Part shown: one piece after another, positions 37,926 through 49,724 of the stretch
Layout: the number at the start of each line of letters is the position of its first letter
Position numbering within the stretch: position 1 is the first letter of the stretch
Origin: Macrostomum lignano
Taxonomy: Eukaryota
Length of the DNA: 64,000 bases
Direction of reading: 5' to 3'
NCBI GenBank assembly: GCA_002269645.1
Contig: NIVC01002467.1
Location: 1-64,000 of the forward strand
Program-made: the position numbers and the translations under genes
Notes under the pieces: generated by a model
Told to the model about the DNA's origin: nothing
Seen by the model: the letters and a program-made list of their open reading frames with translations, nothing else
Database searches by the model: none

Positions 37926-40900
37926 CGAGGCCAACTCCTCCTCTGGAGGAGAAAGGGGAAGAACTCCCATCACCTGAATTCCATTCCCTGAAATCCATCA
38001 GCTGAAATTCCATGACTTGAATTCCATCTTCCAAATCATCTCCAAATCCTCTGTAAAGCCTTTCAAATACCATATCTTGTTTTCCCTGTTCGCAAAAACT
38101 GACTGCCATTGTCCAGACTCAGATTCTTCTGTCTCCTCTCTTCTCTTTTCTCTCCTCTCACGTCTCTCATCTCTACCACCTTATTTATCTCTTCTCCCTC
38201 GTCTTTCGTCTTTCTCTCCTGTCTCCTTTATCCCCTGTTTTCTCCTCTCTCCTCTCTCATCTCTCATCCCTCATGCCTCATCTCACTATTTCTTTCTCCT
38301 CTACTCTCAGCTCCTCTCTTCTCTCTCCTCTCATCTTTCCTGTCTCCCTCTGCTATCTCATATCTTCCCTCTCATCTCCTCTCTCCTCTTTTCTTCTCTC
38401 TCCCTCTTCGTTCCCGCCTTACTCCCCTCTTCTCTCCCATCTGTCATGTCTAATCTGTCCTCTCTCATCTCTACTCTCTTTTCTATAATCTCTTCTCTCT
38501 TCTCTTTTCACTCTTCTCTTTACTCTCTTTACTGACTGAAGATACCAAATCCATCAAAATCCCTCCGTGAAACAGAAATCCTCTCCGCGAAACAGAAATC
38601 CTCTCCGCGAAACAGAAATCCTCTCCGCGAAACAGAAACCCTCTCCGTGAAACTGGACTCCTTTCGAAATCCAATCCGCCAAACAGAAATCCTCTCCGTG
38701 AAACTGGGCTCCATGGAAATCCTCTGAGTGAAACTGACATCCATCAAAATCGTCTCCGTAAAACAGAAATACATCTAGATTCTCTCCACGAAAAAGAAAT
38801 CCTCTCCGTGAAACCGAAAACCATCAGAATACTCCGTGAAACTGGACTCAATCGAAATTTTCTCTGTCAAAAAGAACTTAACTCTCAGAATTTATTGGTT
38901 AGGGTTAGGGTTCGAGCTGCACAGAGCTGCGTGTTGAATTAATTGAATCAATTAATTGCGCAAACCATTTCTCAGTCAGACAGTATCAGTCTTATTTAAA
39001 GTTAAATAAACGGTTGCGCAATCTAAATCAACCCTCCAATACGCAGCGGCAGACCCCCTTCCAATACGCCCAACTTTATCTATTACGTCTCGCAAAACTG
39101 AGTACAATTTTTGCAGAAAGTTAAAAGTATGGAAATAGTTTTTTAAATGCTGTGCTTTTTCTTTTCATATTTAAAGCAAACAACTTATATCCCCGAACTC
39201 AGCGTTGCAAGATCTTTCCAGCAATATAAGTTTCTCCTCTCAAAGTTTAAAACTCGAGGAACAGTTAGCGTTTGAAATTTACCAATTTCCCGACTGCTTG
39301 CTAAGTTGCTAGAGAAGCTCGCAAGTTTATTCATTGAATTTCACTGCCAAACTAATACACAGGGCTGCCTATGGAAAAAAGGCGCCAATAATAAAACCAA
39401 ATGAATCTCGACACAGTCTATCTATTCACACTGTACAACTGCTATGTACACTCAGCCCAAGCCCAACCCCCGTTCTGGGTTAAGCATTAAATTTAACTCA
39501 GCCCCCCAACACGCGGGGGTTTTATTTGCATTGAACCCAGAACACGCGCACCCACCACCCCTCAATACACAGCGGCTCGCGGGCGGAGGTTGGGGTGGCT
39601 ATTTTTACAAACTGGCTGCAGCCCCAGTCAGAGTGGCCAAAGAAGGTTATTGGGGGTTAAAAAAGCAGTTTTCTGCTTTTTTAGGGATGTTAAAATGTGA
39701 AAATTAAAAATTAAAATAGCCTAAAGCCTGCTCCGGAAAATTTGCAGTTTTCCCATATAAGTTTCGACGCTGACTTGGCAGAATTGTAGGAGTTCACTTA
39801 ATGCATACAGACAGACAGACAAACATCGCGTCAGTTTTAGTATTAGGACGAGGCCAACTCCTCCTCTGGAGGAGAAAGGGGAAGAACTCCCATCACCGGA
39901 ATTCCATTCCCTGAAATCCATCAGCTGAAATTCCATGACTTGAATCCCATCTTCCAAATCATCTCCAAATCCTCTGTAAAGCCTTTCAAATACCATATCT
40001 TGTTTTCCCTGTTCGCAAAAACTGACTGCCATTGTCCAGACTCAGATTCTTCTGTCTCCTCTCTTCTCTTTTCTCTCCTCTCACGTCTCTCATCTCTACC
40101 ACCTTATTTATCTCTTCTCCCTCGTCTTTCGTCTTTCTCTTCTGTCTCCTTTATCCCCTGTTTTCTCCTCTCTCCTCTCTCCTCTCTTCTCTCCTCTCTC
40201 ATCTCTCATCCCTCATGCCTCATCTCACTATTTCTTTCTCCTCTACTCTCAGCTCCTCTCTTCTCTCTCCTCTCATCTCTCCTGTCTCCCTCTGCTATCT
40301 CATATATTCCCTCTCATCTCCTCTCTCCTCTTTTCTTCTCTCTCCCTCTTCGTTCCCGCCTTACTCCCCTCTTCTCTCCCATCTGTCATGTCTAATCTGT
40401 CCTCTCTCATCTCTACTCTCTTTTCTATAATCTCTTCTCTCTTCTCTTTTCACTCTTCTCTTTACTCTCTTTACTGACTGACTGAAGATACCAAATCCAT
40501 CAAAATCCCTCCGTGAAACAGAAATCCTCTCCGCGAAACAGAAATCCTCTCCGTGAAACTGGGCTCCATGGAAATCCTCTGAGTGAAACTGACATCCATC
40601 AAAATCGTCTCCGTAAAACAGAAATACATCTAAATTCTCTCCACGAAAAATAAATCCTCTCCGTGAAACCGAAAACCATCAGAATACTCCGTGAAACTGG
40701 ACTCAATCGAAATTTTCTCTGTCAAAAAGAACTTAACTTTCAGAATTCATTGGTTAGGGTTAGGGTTCGAGCTGCACAGAGCTGCGTGTTGAATTAATTG
40801 AATCAATTAATTGCGCAAACCATTTCTCAGTCAGACAGTATCAGTCTTATTTAAAGTTAAATAAACAGTTGCGCAATCTAAATCAACCCTCCAATACACA

Positions 40901-43900
40901 GCAGCAGTGAGAAGTTGAACCCTCCCCCAACTTTATCTATTACGTCTCGCAAAACTAAGTACAATCTTTGCAGAAAGTTAAAAGTATGAAAATAGTTTTT
41001 CAAATGCTGTGCTTTTTCTTTTCATATATAAAGCAAACAACTTATATCCCCAAACTCAGCGTTGCAAGATCTTTCCAGCAATATAAGTCTCTCCTCTCAA
41101 AGTTTAAAACTCGAGGAACAGTTAGCGTTTGAAATTTACCGATTTCCCGACTGCTTGCTAGAGAAGCTCGCAAGTTTATTCATTGAATTTCACTGCCAAA
41201 CTAATACACAGGGCTGCCAATAATAAAACCAAATGAATCTCGACACAGTCTATCTATTTACACTGTACAACTGCTATGTACACTCAGCCCAAGCCCAACC
41301 CCCGTTCTGGGGGAATCATTAAATTTAACTCAACCCCCCAACAGGCGGGGGTTTTATTTGCATTGAACCCAGAACACGCGCACCCACCACCCCTCAATAC
41401 ACAGCGGCCCGCGGGCGGAGGTTGGGGTGGCTATTTTTACAAACTGGCTGCAGCCCCAGTCAGAGTGGCCAAAGAAGGTTATTGGGGGTTAAAAAAGCAG
41501 TTTTCTGCTTTTTTAGGGATGTTAAAATGTGAAAATTAAAAATTAAAATAGCCTAAAGCCTGCTCCGGAAAATTTGCAGTTTTCCCATATAAGTTTCGAC
41601 GCTGACTTGGCAGTATTGTAGGAGTTCACTTGCTACATACAGACAGACAGACAGACAGACAAACATCGCGTCAGTTTTAGTATTAGGAGGAGGACGAGGC
41701 CAACTCCTCCTCTGGAGGAGAAAGGGGAAGAACTCCCATCACCGGAATTCCATTCCCTGAAATCCATCAGCTGAAATTCCATGACTTGAATCCCATCTTC
41801 CAAATCATCTCCAAATCCTCTGTAAAGCCTTTCAAATACCATATCTTGTTTTCCCTGTTCGCAAAAACTGACTGCCATTGTCCAGACTCAGATTCTTCTG
41901 TCTCCTCTCTTCTCTTTTCTCTCCTCTCACGTCTCTCATCTCTACCACCTTATTTATCTCTTCTCCCTCGTCTTTCGTCTTTCTCTTCTGTCTCCTTTAT
42001 CCCCTGTTTTCTCCTCTCTCCTCTCTCCTCTCTTCTCTCCTCTCTCATCTCTCATCCCTCATGCCTCATCTCACTATTTCTTTCTCCTCTACTCTCAGCT
42101 CCTCTCTTCTCTCTCCTCTCATCTCTCCTGTCTCCCTCTGCTATCTCATATATTCCCTCTCATCTCCTCTCTCCTCTTTTCTTCTCTCTCCCTCTTCGTT
42201 CCCGCCTTACTCCCCTCTTCTCTCCCATCTGTCATGTCTAATCTGTCCTCTCTCATCTCTACTCTCTTTTCTATAATCTCTTCTCTCTTCTCTTTTCACT
42301 CTTCTCTTTACTCTCTTTACTGACTGACTGAAGATACCAAATCCATCAAAATCCCTCCGTGAAACAGAAATCCTCTCCGCGAAACAGAAATCCTCTCCGT
42401 GAAACTGGGCTCCATGGAAATCCTCTGAGTGAAACTGACATCCATCAAAATCGTCTCCGTAAAACAGAAATACATCTAAATTCTCTCCACGAAAAATAAA
42501 TCCTCTCCGTGAAACCGAAAACCATCAGAATACTCCGTGAAACTGGACTCAATCGAAATTTTCTCTGTCAAAAAGAACTTAACTTTCAGAATTCATTGGT
42601 TAGGGTTAGGGTTCGAGCTGCACAGAGCTGCGTGTTGAATTAATTGAATCAATTAATTGCGCAAACCATTTCTCAGTCAGACAGTATCAGTCTTATTTAA
42701 AGTTAAATAAACAGTTGCGCAATCTAAATCAACCCTCCAATACACAGCAGCAGTGAGAAGTTGAACCCTCCCCCAACTTTATCTATTACGTCTCGCAAAA
42801 CTAAGTACAATCTTTGCAGAAAGTTAAAAGTATGAAAATAGTTTTTCAAATGCTGTGCTTTTTCTTTTCATATATAAAGCAAACAACTTATATCCCCAAA
42901 CTCAGCGTTGCAAGATCTTTCCAGCAATATAAGTCTCTCCTCTCAAAGTTTAAAACTCGAGGAACAGTTAGCGTTTGAAATTTACCGATTTCCCGACTGC
43001 TTGCTAGAGAAGCTCGCAAGTTTATTCATTGAATTTCACTGCCAAACTAATACACAGGGCTGCCAATAATAAAACCAAATGAATCTCGACACAGTCTATC
43101 TATTTACACTGTACAACTGCTATGTACACTCAGCCCAAGCCCAACCCCCGTTCTGGGGGAATCATTAAATTTAACTCAACCCCCCAACAGGCGGGGGTTT
43201 TATTTGCATTGAACCAGAACACGCGCACCCACCACCCCTCAATACACAGCGGCCCGCGGGCGGAGGTTGGGGTGGCTATTTTTACAAACTGGCTGCAGCC
43301 CCAGTCAGAGTGGCCAAAGAAGGTTATTGGGGTTAAAAAAGCAGTTTTCTGCTTTTTTAGGGATGTTAAAATGTGAAAATTAAAAATTAAAATAGCCTAA
43401 AGCCTGCTCCGGAAAATTTGCAGTTTTCCCATATAAGTTTCGACGCTGACTTGGCAGTATTGTAGGAGTTCACTTGCTACATACAGACAGACAGACAGAC
43501 AGACAAACATCGCGTCAGTTTTAGTATTAGGACGAGGCCAACTCCTCCTCTGGAGGAGAAAGGGGAAGAACTCCCATCACCGGAATTCCATTCCCTGAAA
43601 TCCATCAGCTGAAATTCCATGACTTGAATCCCATCTTCCAAATCATCTCCAAATCCTCTGTAAAGCCTTTCAAATACCATATCTTGTTTTCCCTGTTCGC
43701 AAAAACTGACTGCCATTGTCCAGACTCAGATTCTTCTGTCTCCTCTCTTCTCTTTTCTCTCCTCTCACGTCTCTCATCTCTACCACCTTATTTATCTCTT
43801 CTCCCTCGTCTTTCGTCTTTCTCTTCTGTCTCCTTTATCCCCTGTTTTCTCCTCTCTCCTCTCTCCTCTCTTCTCTCCTCTCTCATCTCTCATCCCTCAT

Positions 43901-45381
43901 GCCTCATCTCACTATTTCTTTCTCCTCTACTCTCAGCTCCTCTCTTCTCTCTCCTCTCATCTCTCCTGTCTCCCTCTGCTATCTCATATATTCCCTCTCA
44001 TCTCCTCTCTCCTCTTTTCTTCTCTCTCCCTCTTCGTTCCCGCCTTACTCCCCTCTTCTCTCCCATCTGTCATGTCTAATCTGTCCTCTCTCATCTCTAC
44101 TCTCTTTTCTATAATCTCTTCTCTCTTCTCTTTTCACTCTTCTCTTTACTCTCTTTACTGACTGACTGAAGATACCAAATCCATCAAAATCCCTCCGTGA
44201 AACAGAAATCCTCTCCGCGAAACAGAAATCCTCTCCGTGAAACTGGGCTCCATGGAAATCCTCTGAGTGAAACTGACATCCATCAAAATCGTCTCCGTAA
44301 AACAGAAATACATCTAAATTCTCTCCACGAAAAATAAATCCTCTCCGTGAAACCGAAAACCATCAGAATACTCCGTGAAACTGGACTCAATCGAAATTTT
44401 CTCTGTCAAAAAGAACTTAACTTTCAGAATTCATTGGTTAGGGTTAGGGTTCGAGCTGCACAGAGCTGCGTGTTGAATTAATTGAATCAATTAATTGCGC
44501 AAACCATTTCTCAGTCAGACAGTATCAGTCTTATTTAAAGTTAAATAAACAGTTGCGCAATCTAAATCAACCCTCCAATACACAGCAGCAGTGAGAAGTT
44601 GAACCCTCCCCCAACTTTATCTATTACGTCTCGCAAAACTAAGTACAATCTTTGCAGAAAGTTAAAAGTATGAAAATAGTTTTTCAAATGCTGTGCTTTT
44701 TCTTTTCATATATAAAGCAAACAACTTATATCCCCAAACTCAGCGTTGCAAGATCTTTCCAGCAATATAAGTCTCTCCTCTCAAAGTTTAAAACTCGAGG
44801 AACAGTTAGCGTTTGAAATTTACCGATTTCCCGACTGCTTGCTAGAGAAGCTCGCAAGTTTATTCATTGAATTTCACTGCCAAACTAATACACAGGGCTG
44901 CCAATAATAAAACCAAATGAATCTCGACACAGTCTATCTATTTACACTGTACAACTGCTATGTACACTCAGCCCAAGCCCAACCCCCGTTCTGGGGGAAT
45001 CATTAAATTTAACTCAACCCCCCAACAGGCGGGGGTTTTATTTGCATTGAACCCAGAACACGCGCACCCACCACCCTCAATACACAGCGGCCCGCGGGCG
45101 GAGGTTGGGGTGGCTATTTTTACAAACTGGCTGCAGCCCCAGTCAGAGTGGCCAAAGAAGGTTATTGGGGGTTAAAAAAGCAGTTTTCTGCTTTTTTAGG
45201 GATGTTAAAATGTGAAAATTAAAAATTAAAATAGCCTAAAGCCTGCTCCGGAAAATTTGCAGTTTTCCCATATAAGTTTCGACGCTGACTTGGCAGTATT
45301 GTAGGAGTTCACTTGCTACATACAGACAGACAGACAGACAGACAAACATCGCGTCAGTTTTAGTATTAGGAGGAAGGAGGA
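37926..45381 (-). mobile_element. Four tandem Helitron family-2 units (37926-39848, 39849-41694, 41695-43532, 43533-45381; ~1.84-1.92 kb each)
   Basis: Each has 5' (TCC)nTAATACTAAAACTGACGCGATGTTTG(TCTG)n and a 3' perfect hairpin CTCCTCC-AGA-GGAGGAG followed by TTGGCCTCG. Units 2-4 are near-identical; unit 1 is more diverged. Internal GA-rich tract, 20-bp repeats and GGTTAGGGTTAGGG. Confidence 0.85.
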
Positions 45382-46104
45382 TTTAATGATATAATAATTC
45401 CACTGTACTCGTATTAGTATGCTTTAATCTAATATAGGAAAAATATAGAATTTATTTAATTCACAAGCATAGGTTGCTTAAAAATTCTGCCCTTGGATTG
45501 TTAATTGTTTGCTAGCCAACCATGGTCACGTGCTTTAAGTTGTAAGAACAGCATAATTGAGCACAGTCTCGCCGCGAACTTCTCTACGACAGTCGCATCA
45601 TTTCTCGTCCTTTCGCCGTGCAAGATTGGGTCTCTTGCGCACACACAACTGCAAAAGAGACAGCAACAGCATACAAAGAGGAGGACCACTTCTCTCTCCT
45701 ATAGTTTCTGCAAGCAATGAAAGATCTAACTGGTTTTTCATCCAGTGAGTTTGTGTTTGCCTTAACTCAACTAGGCTACTGCTAGCTGCCCTCTCTGCAG
45801 CTGTGCGTGTGTAACCTGATATTTCCTAGAAACAATGGAGCTTAAAAAGCGAGTCCTTTGGAGTACAGAGAAGACAGAACAGAAAGGTCTACGATAGTGT
45901 TTTGTACTTACTTGGTTGGTTTATAAACGCGATGCTAAAATATAATCTTTTAATTTAATTAAATAGACTTAAAATGCATATACTTATCTGGGCCTACATG
46001 TACATGTATTAGTACATGTAACTCTGGTAAATGGTATGGCTAGAACAAGCTAAAATGTGGACTGTAGCCAGAGCGTTGAAGGATCGAGCGCCTAGCATCT
46101 GCAA

Positions 46105-46315
46105 GGGGTGCCTAGCAGCACCAAGGGGTGCCCTGCAGCACCAAAGGGCGCCCTGCAGCATCAAGGGGCGCCCTGCAGCACCAAGGGACGCCCTGCAGCA
46201 CCAAGGGGCGCCCTAGCAGCACCAAAGGGCGCCATGCAGCACCAAGGGGCGCCATGCAGCACCAAGGGGCGCCTTGTAGCACCAAGGCCGGGGCGCTAGC
46301 ACCAAGGGGCGCCAC
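46105..46315. repeat. 20-bp minisatellite (GCAGCACCAAGGGGCGCCCT), related to the 16-bp satellite at 20662
   Basis: Shares the AGCACCAAGGGGCGCC core. Confidence 0.9.
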
Positions 46316-46828
46316 AGCCCAGTGAAGCGCAGATTTCGCACGGACGATCAAGAGTCAGCTTTTGGGCCATAGACATCCTCAGTGCAGTGGGGGCGTGCCC
46401 TTCAACGCCTACAGTAAGCTGTACAGCTAGTGCAAAAACACTGTACAATTAATAAATAAATCTGATATACTCCATCATTTTACCCTGCAGTCTTAATTTG
46501 ATGCCCTACTGACAGGCGGGGCTACCTACGAGTTCTCTACGCAATCTATATAGCAGGCGCAATGAACAGCTTACATCATATAGAAAAGAATTGTGCGCAT
46601 AGTTTAATCAACTCTCAGAGAGCTTCAAACTTTCATACCCCCCGTTTGCAGAATCTCCTCAAGACCACAGAGGAGAGGTCAGGAAAGGCAGCTAGGGGTG
46701 TATTGCACTGCACACCAGCAGAGAGTATTAATAAGGCAGTCGCCCCTCACAATACTTTAATTGATCCCTCTGCTTTTGCTAAAGCTCCAACACTGCAGCA
46801 GCAGTCTTCTTATCAAAGAGAATTTAAG

Positions 46829-47194
46829 ATGACAAGCAATCTGTATCGTTCGGCCTCGTTGGATCGCCTGTTGACTGAGACTGACTTCCGTCACTCGGTG
46901 GCCAAGGAGCGGTGCAAATGCAGCATGCGCGGCTACCCGCACTGTTGCACTGAGCACTACTACTCCTACCGGTATTGGCCCTACTACCTGGAGCACCGGG
47001 TCGCCGATCACCGGGACTTTATCGGCTGCTACAGTCGCTATCCGCCTCCCTACTACTGGCCTAGATACTACTATTATCCCTACGAACTGTATCCAAGGTA
47101 TTATTCGGAATACCTGCGAGGATACAACTACGGCCTGTGGAAGTATAACAAATGCCCCGATTGGTACTTCAAGGCCCGACGGCGCTGCTTATGA
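46829..47194 (+). CDS. Small Tyr/Cys/Pro-rich protein of unknown function (121 aa)
   Basis: GC-rich, non-repetitive DNA with strong C/G third-position bias amid AT-rich flanks; 25 Tyr and 7 Cys. ATG at 46829 chosen over the upstream ORF start at 46562 because the upstream part is AT-rich and non-coding-like. Confidence 0.7.
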   Translation: MTSNLYRSASLDRLLTETDFRHSVAKERCKCSMRGYPHCCTEHYYSYRYWPYYLEHRVADHRDFIGCYSRYPPPYYWPRYYYYPYELYPRYYSEYLRGYNYGLWKYNKCPDWYFKARRRCL

Positions 47195-47574
47195 TTTATT
47201 AATATGACAGAATCGACTGCGTGAACTTTAATAATTACCCGCTGGACACGGACATAGAGAACACGAATCTTCCATGTAGTTCTAGCTACTGCAAGTATCC
47301 ATATATTGTAGCACTTAATATAAGTAGTATTATAGCAAAACCTAAAACTTTTAGAATTGTTTTTAAGCCTATAGAAATGCGTTGTATACGAGCGTACGTG
47401 TGTTACCGAATAATAGTATGTATGCAAATTAGTTCATAATTTAGGATTAATAGTGTCAATCGTTTTGCACTCGTTTCTAGAATTTTGTACTAACAGATAA
47501 ATACATTTAGCTAGATTATTCTATATTTTATGACTTGAAACTCTTTCAAATTACCTGTTATTCTTTTCACGTAT

Positions 47575-47905
47575 GTTGGTGTCAGAGTGACTAGAATTAG
47601 TGGCCAGAGTGACTATAATCAGTGATCACAGTGACTAGAATCAGTGACCAGAGTGACTAGAATCAGTGGCCAGAGTGACTAAAATCAGTGACCAGAGTGA
47701 CTAGAATCAGTGGCCAGAGTGACTAGAATCAGTGGCCAGAGTGACTAAAATCAGTGACCAGAGTGACTAGAATCAGTGGCCAGAGTGACTAGAATCAGTG
47801 GCCAGAGTGACTAAAATCAGTGACCAGAGTGACTAGAATCAGTGGCCAGAGTGACCAGAATCAGTGGCTAGAGTGACCAGAATCAGTAGCCAGAGTGACT
47901 AGAAT
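47575..47905. repeat. 22-bp minisatellite (CAGAGTGACTAGAATCAGTGGC)
   Basis: About 15 copies. Confidence 0.95.
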
Positions 47906-48789
47906 GTGCCAGATGTACAGCAGAGCCAATACTGCTACTGCTAGAGAAACAAAATAACTAATTAAGTACACACAGTACCGTACTTTGATCTCAATTAAAT
48001 TATAAACCGAATACAAGTCACAATTTGACAAATATATAGATATTTATAAACGTTCAATAGATACGAAACGAAACTTATATGGATGGTAGGAATTTATTAG
48101 GCAGAAACGAACTTGCATGATGCGGGTTCATGTTTATTATTTTATTAATATATAAATACACACTGCATATAGATTGTTTTCGACTATATAATATTATATA
48201 GAAAAAATCAAAAGCGTTACAATTTCAGCAACGAAGCAACAACTTCTCTATTAATTATATTTGTTTAAATGACTCATAATCGTAACTTAAGGGAATTAAT
48301 TCCCCTGGAAACAGAGCAACGCAGGCACACGAAGCTCAAGAACAAGAGATAAGTTTTTGCTGCTACTGTTAAGTAGTAATCAATTACGTCATTTAGAAGA
48401 CGATCAATTTTAATTAGGCCTATTATCAACGCCATTTTAAAGCTTGGGAAATTTATTGCAAAAGACATGCACACAAAATAAACAGGGACACCATAGTGGG
48501 CGCATTTGAATTAACATTAATCACAGATCGACGAAAAATTCTTATCTGCCTACTCACAATCAAGTAGTAAGTAATAATTACTTATTATATCGTTCTTTTT
48601 TTAATTTAAATTTGAATCGACGACAAAAACGCAAAGAAATTGGTTGATAGATCGAGACATTATTGATAACATTGATAGACTTTTAAACTGTATGAAATTA
48701 TCTGGAATAAACTCAATGCATCACTATAGGTACTATAGGCATTTTCCAAGCCAATTTGACCCCTAGGGGACAGATTGAATTTAAATCTC

Positions 48790-49515
48790 TATAGCTTCAT
48801 TCTAAAGACCAGGTGGGACCATAGACAATGAAAAGCCAGTCTACAATAGCTTCATTCTAAGGACCAGCTTGGACCATAGACAATGAAAAGCCAGTCTACA
48901 ATAGCTTCATTCTAAGGACCAGCTTGGACCATAGACAATGAAAAGCCAGTCTACAATAGCTTCATTCTAAGGACCAGGTTGGACCATAGACAATGAAAAG
49001 CCAGTCTACAATAGCTTCATTCTAAGGACCAGCTTGGACCATAGACAATGAAAAGCCAGTCTACAATAGCTTCATTCTAAGGACCAGCTTAGACCATAGA
49101 CAATGAAAAGCCAGTCTACAATAGCTTCATTCTAAGGACCAGCTTGGACCATAGACAATGAAAAGCCAGTCTACAATAGCTTCATTCTAAGGACCAGCTT
49201 AGACCATAGACAATGAAAAGCCAGTCTACAATAGCTTCATTCTAATGACCAGCTTAGACCATAGACAATGAAAAGCCAGTCTACAATAGCTTCATTCTAA
49301 TGACCAGCTTAGACCATAGACAATGAAAAGCCAGTCTACAATAGCCTGATTCTAAGGACCAAACTAAGGAATTATTTGCGCCACAGACCTCCATTTGGAC
49401 CATAGACAATGAAAAGCCAGTCTACAATAGCCTGATTCTAAGGACCAAACTAAGGAATTATTTGCGCCACAGACCCCCATTTGGACCATAGACAATGAAA
49501 AGCCAGCCTACAATA
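48790..49515. repeat. 55-bp minisatellite
   Basis: CTACAATAGCTTCATTCTAAGGACCAG...GAAAAGCCAGT repeated with 55-bp spacing; the last copies are extended. Confidence 0.95.
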
Positions 49516-49724
49516 GCCTGATTCTCCCGACTAGGGATTAAATTGCTTGCTTCCTAGGGCTCAATCGGCTTGGAAAATGTATTACAATGATTTAATAACA
49601 ATCATCAACAGAATAGGACTCCTTAGAATGATTACATCATTAAGATTCATGTAAATCGTTAATTTATTTCAATTAAATATAGAGTAGAATAGTCAATAAA
49701 AAGTTCATTTTCTTACATACATAC

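Larger units (their letters stand above)
23226..45381 (-). mobile_element. Composite head-to-tail Helitron train: 4 family-1 units plus 4 family-2 units (22,156 bp)
   Basis: Outer ends on the minus strand are A|TCC... (45381) and ...hairpin-GATTGCTAG|T (23226), with no TSD. Internal 3'-end|5'-end junctions at 27384/27383, 30895/30894, 35188/35187, 37926/37925, 39849/39848, 41695/41694 and 43533/43532. The flanks rejoin to match the empty paralogue at 4269-4308 with identical spacing. Confidence 0.9.

Noticed and set aside
48790-49515. CRISPR-like regular repeats (also the 151-bp array at 10164-12500 and the 28-bp arrays)
   Set aside because: Contiguous tandem units with no unique spacers, no cas genes, and a eukaryotic intron-containing context.
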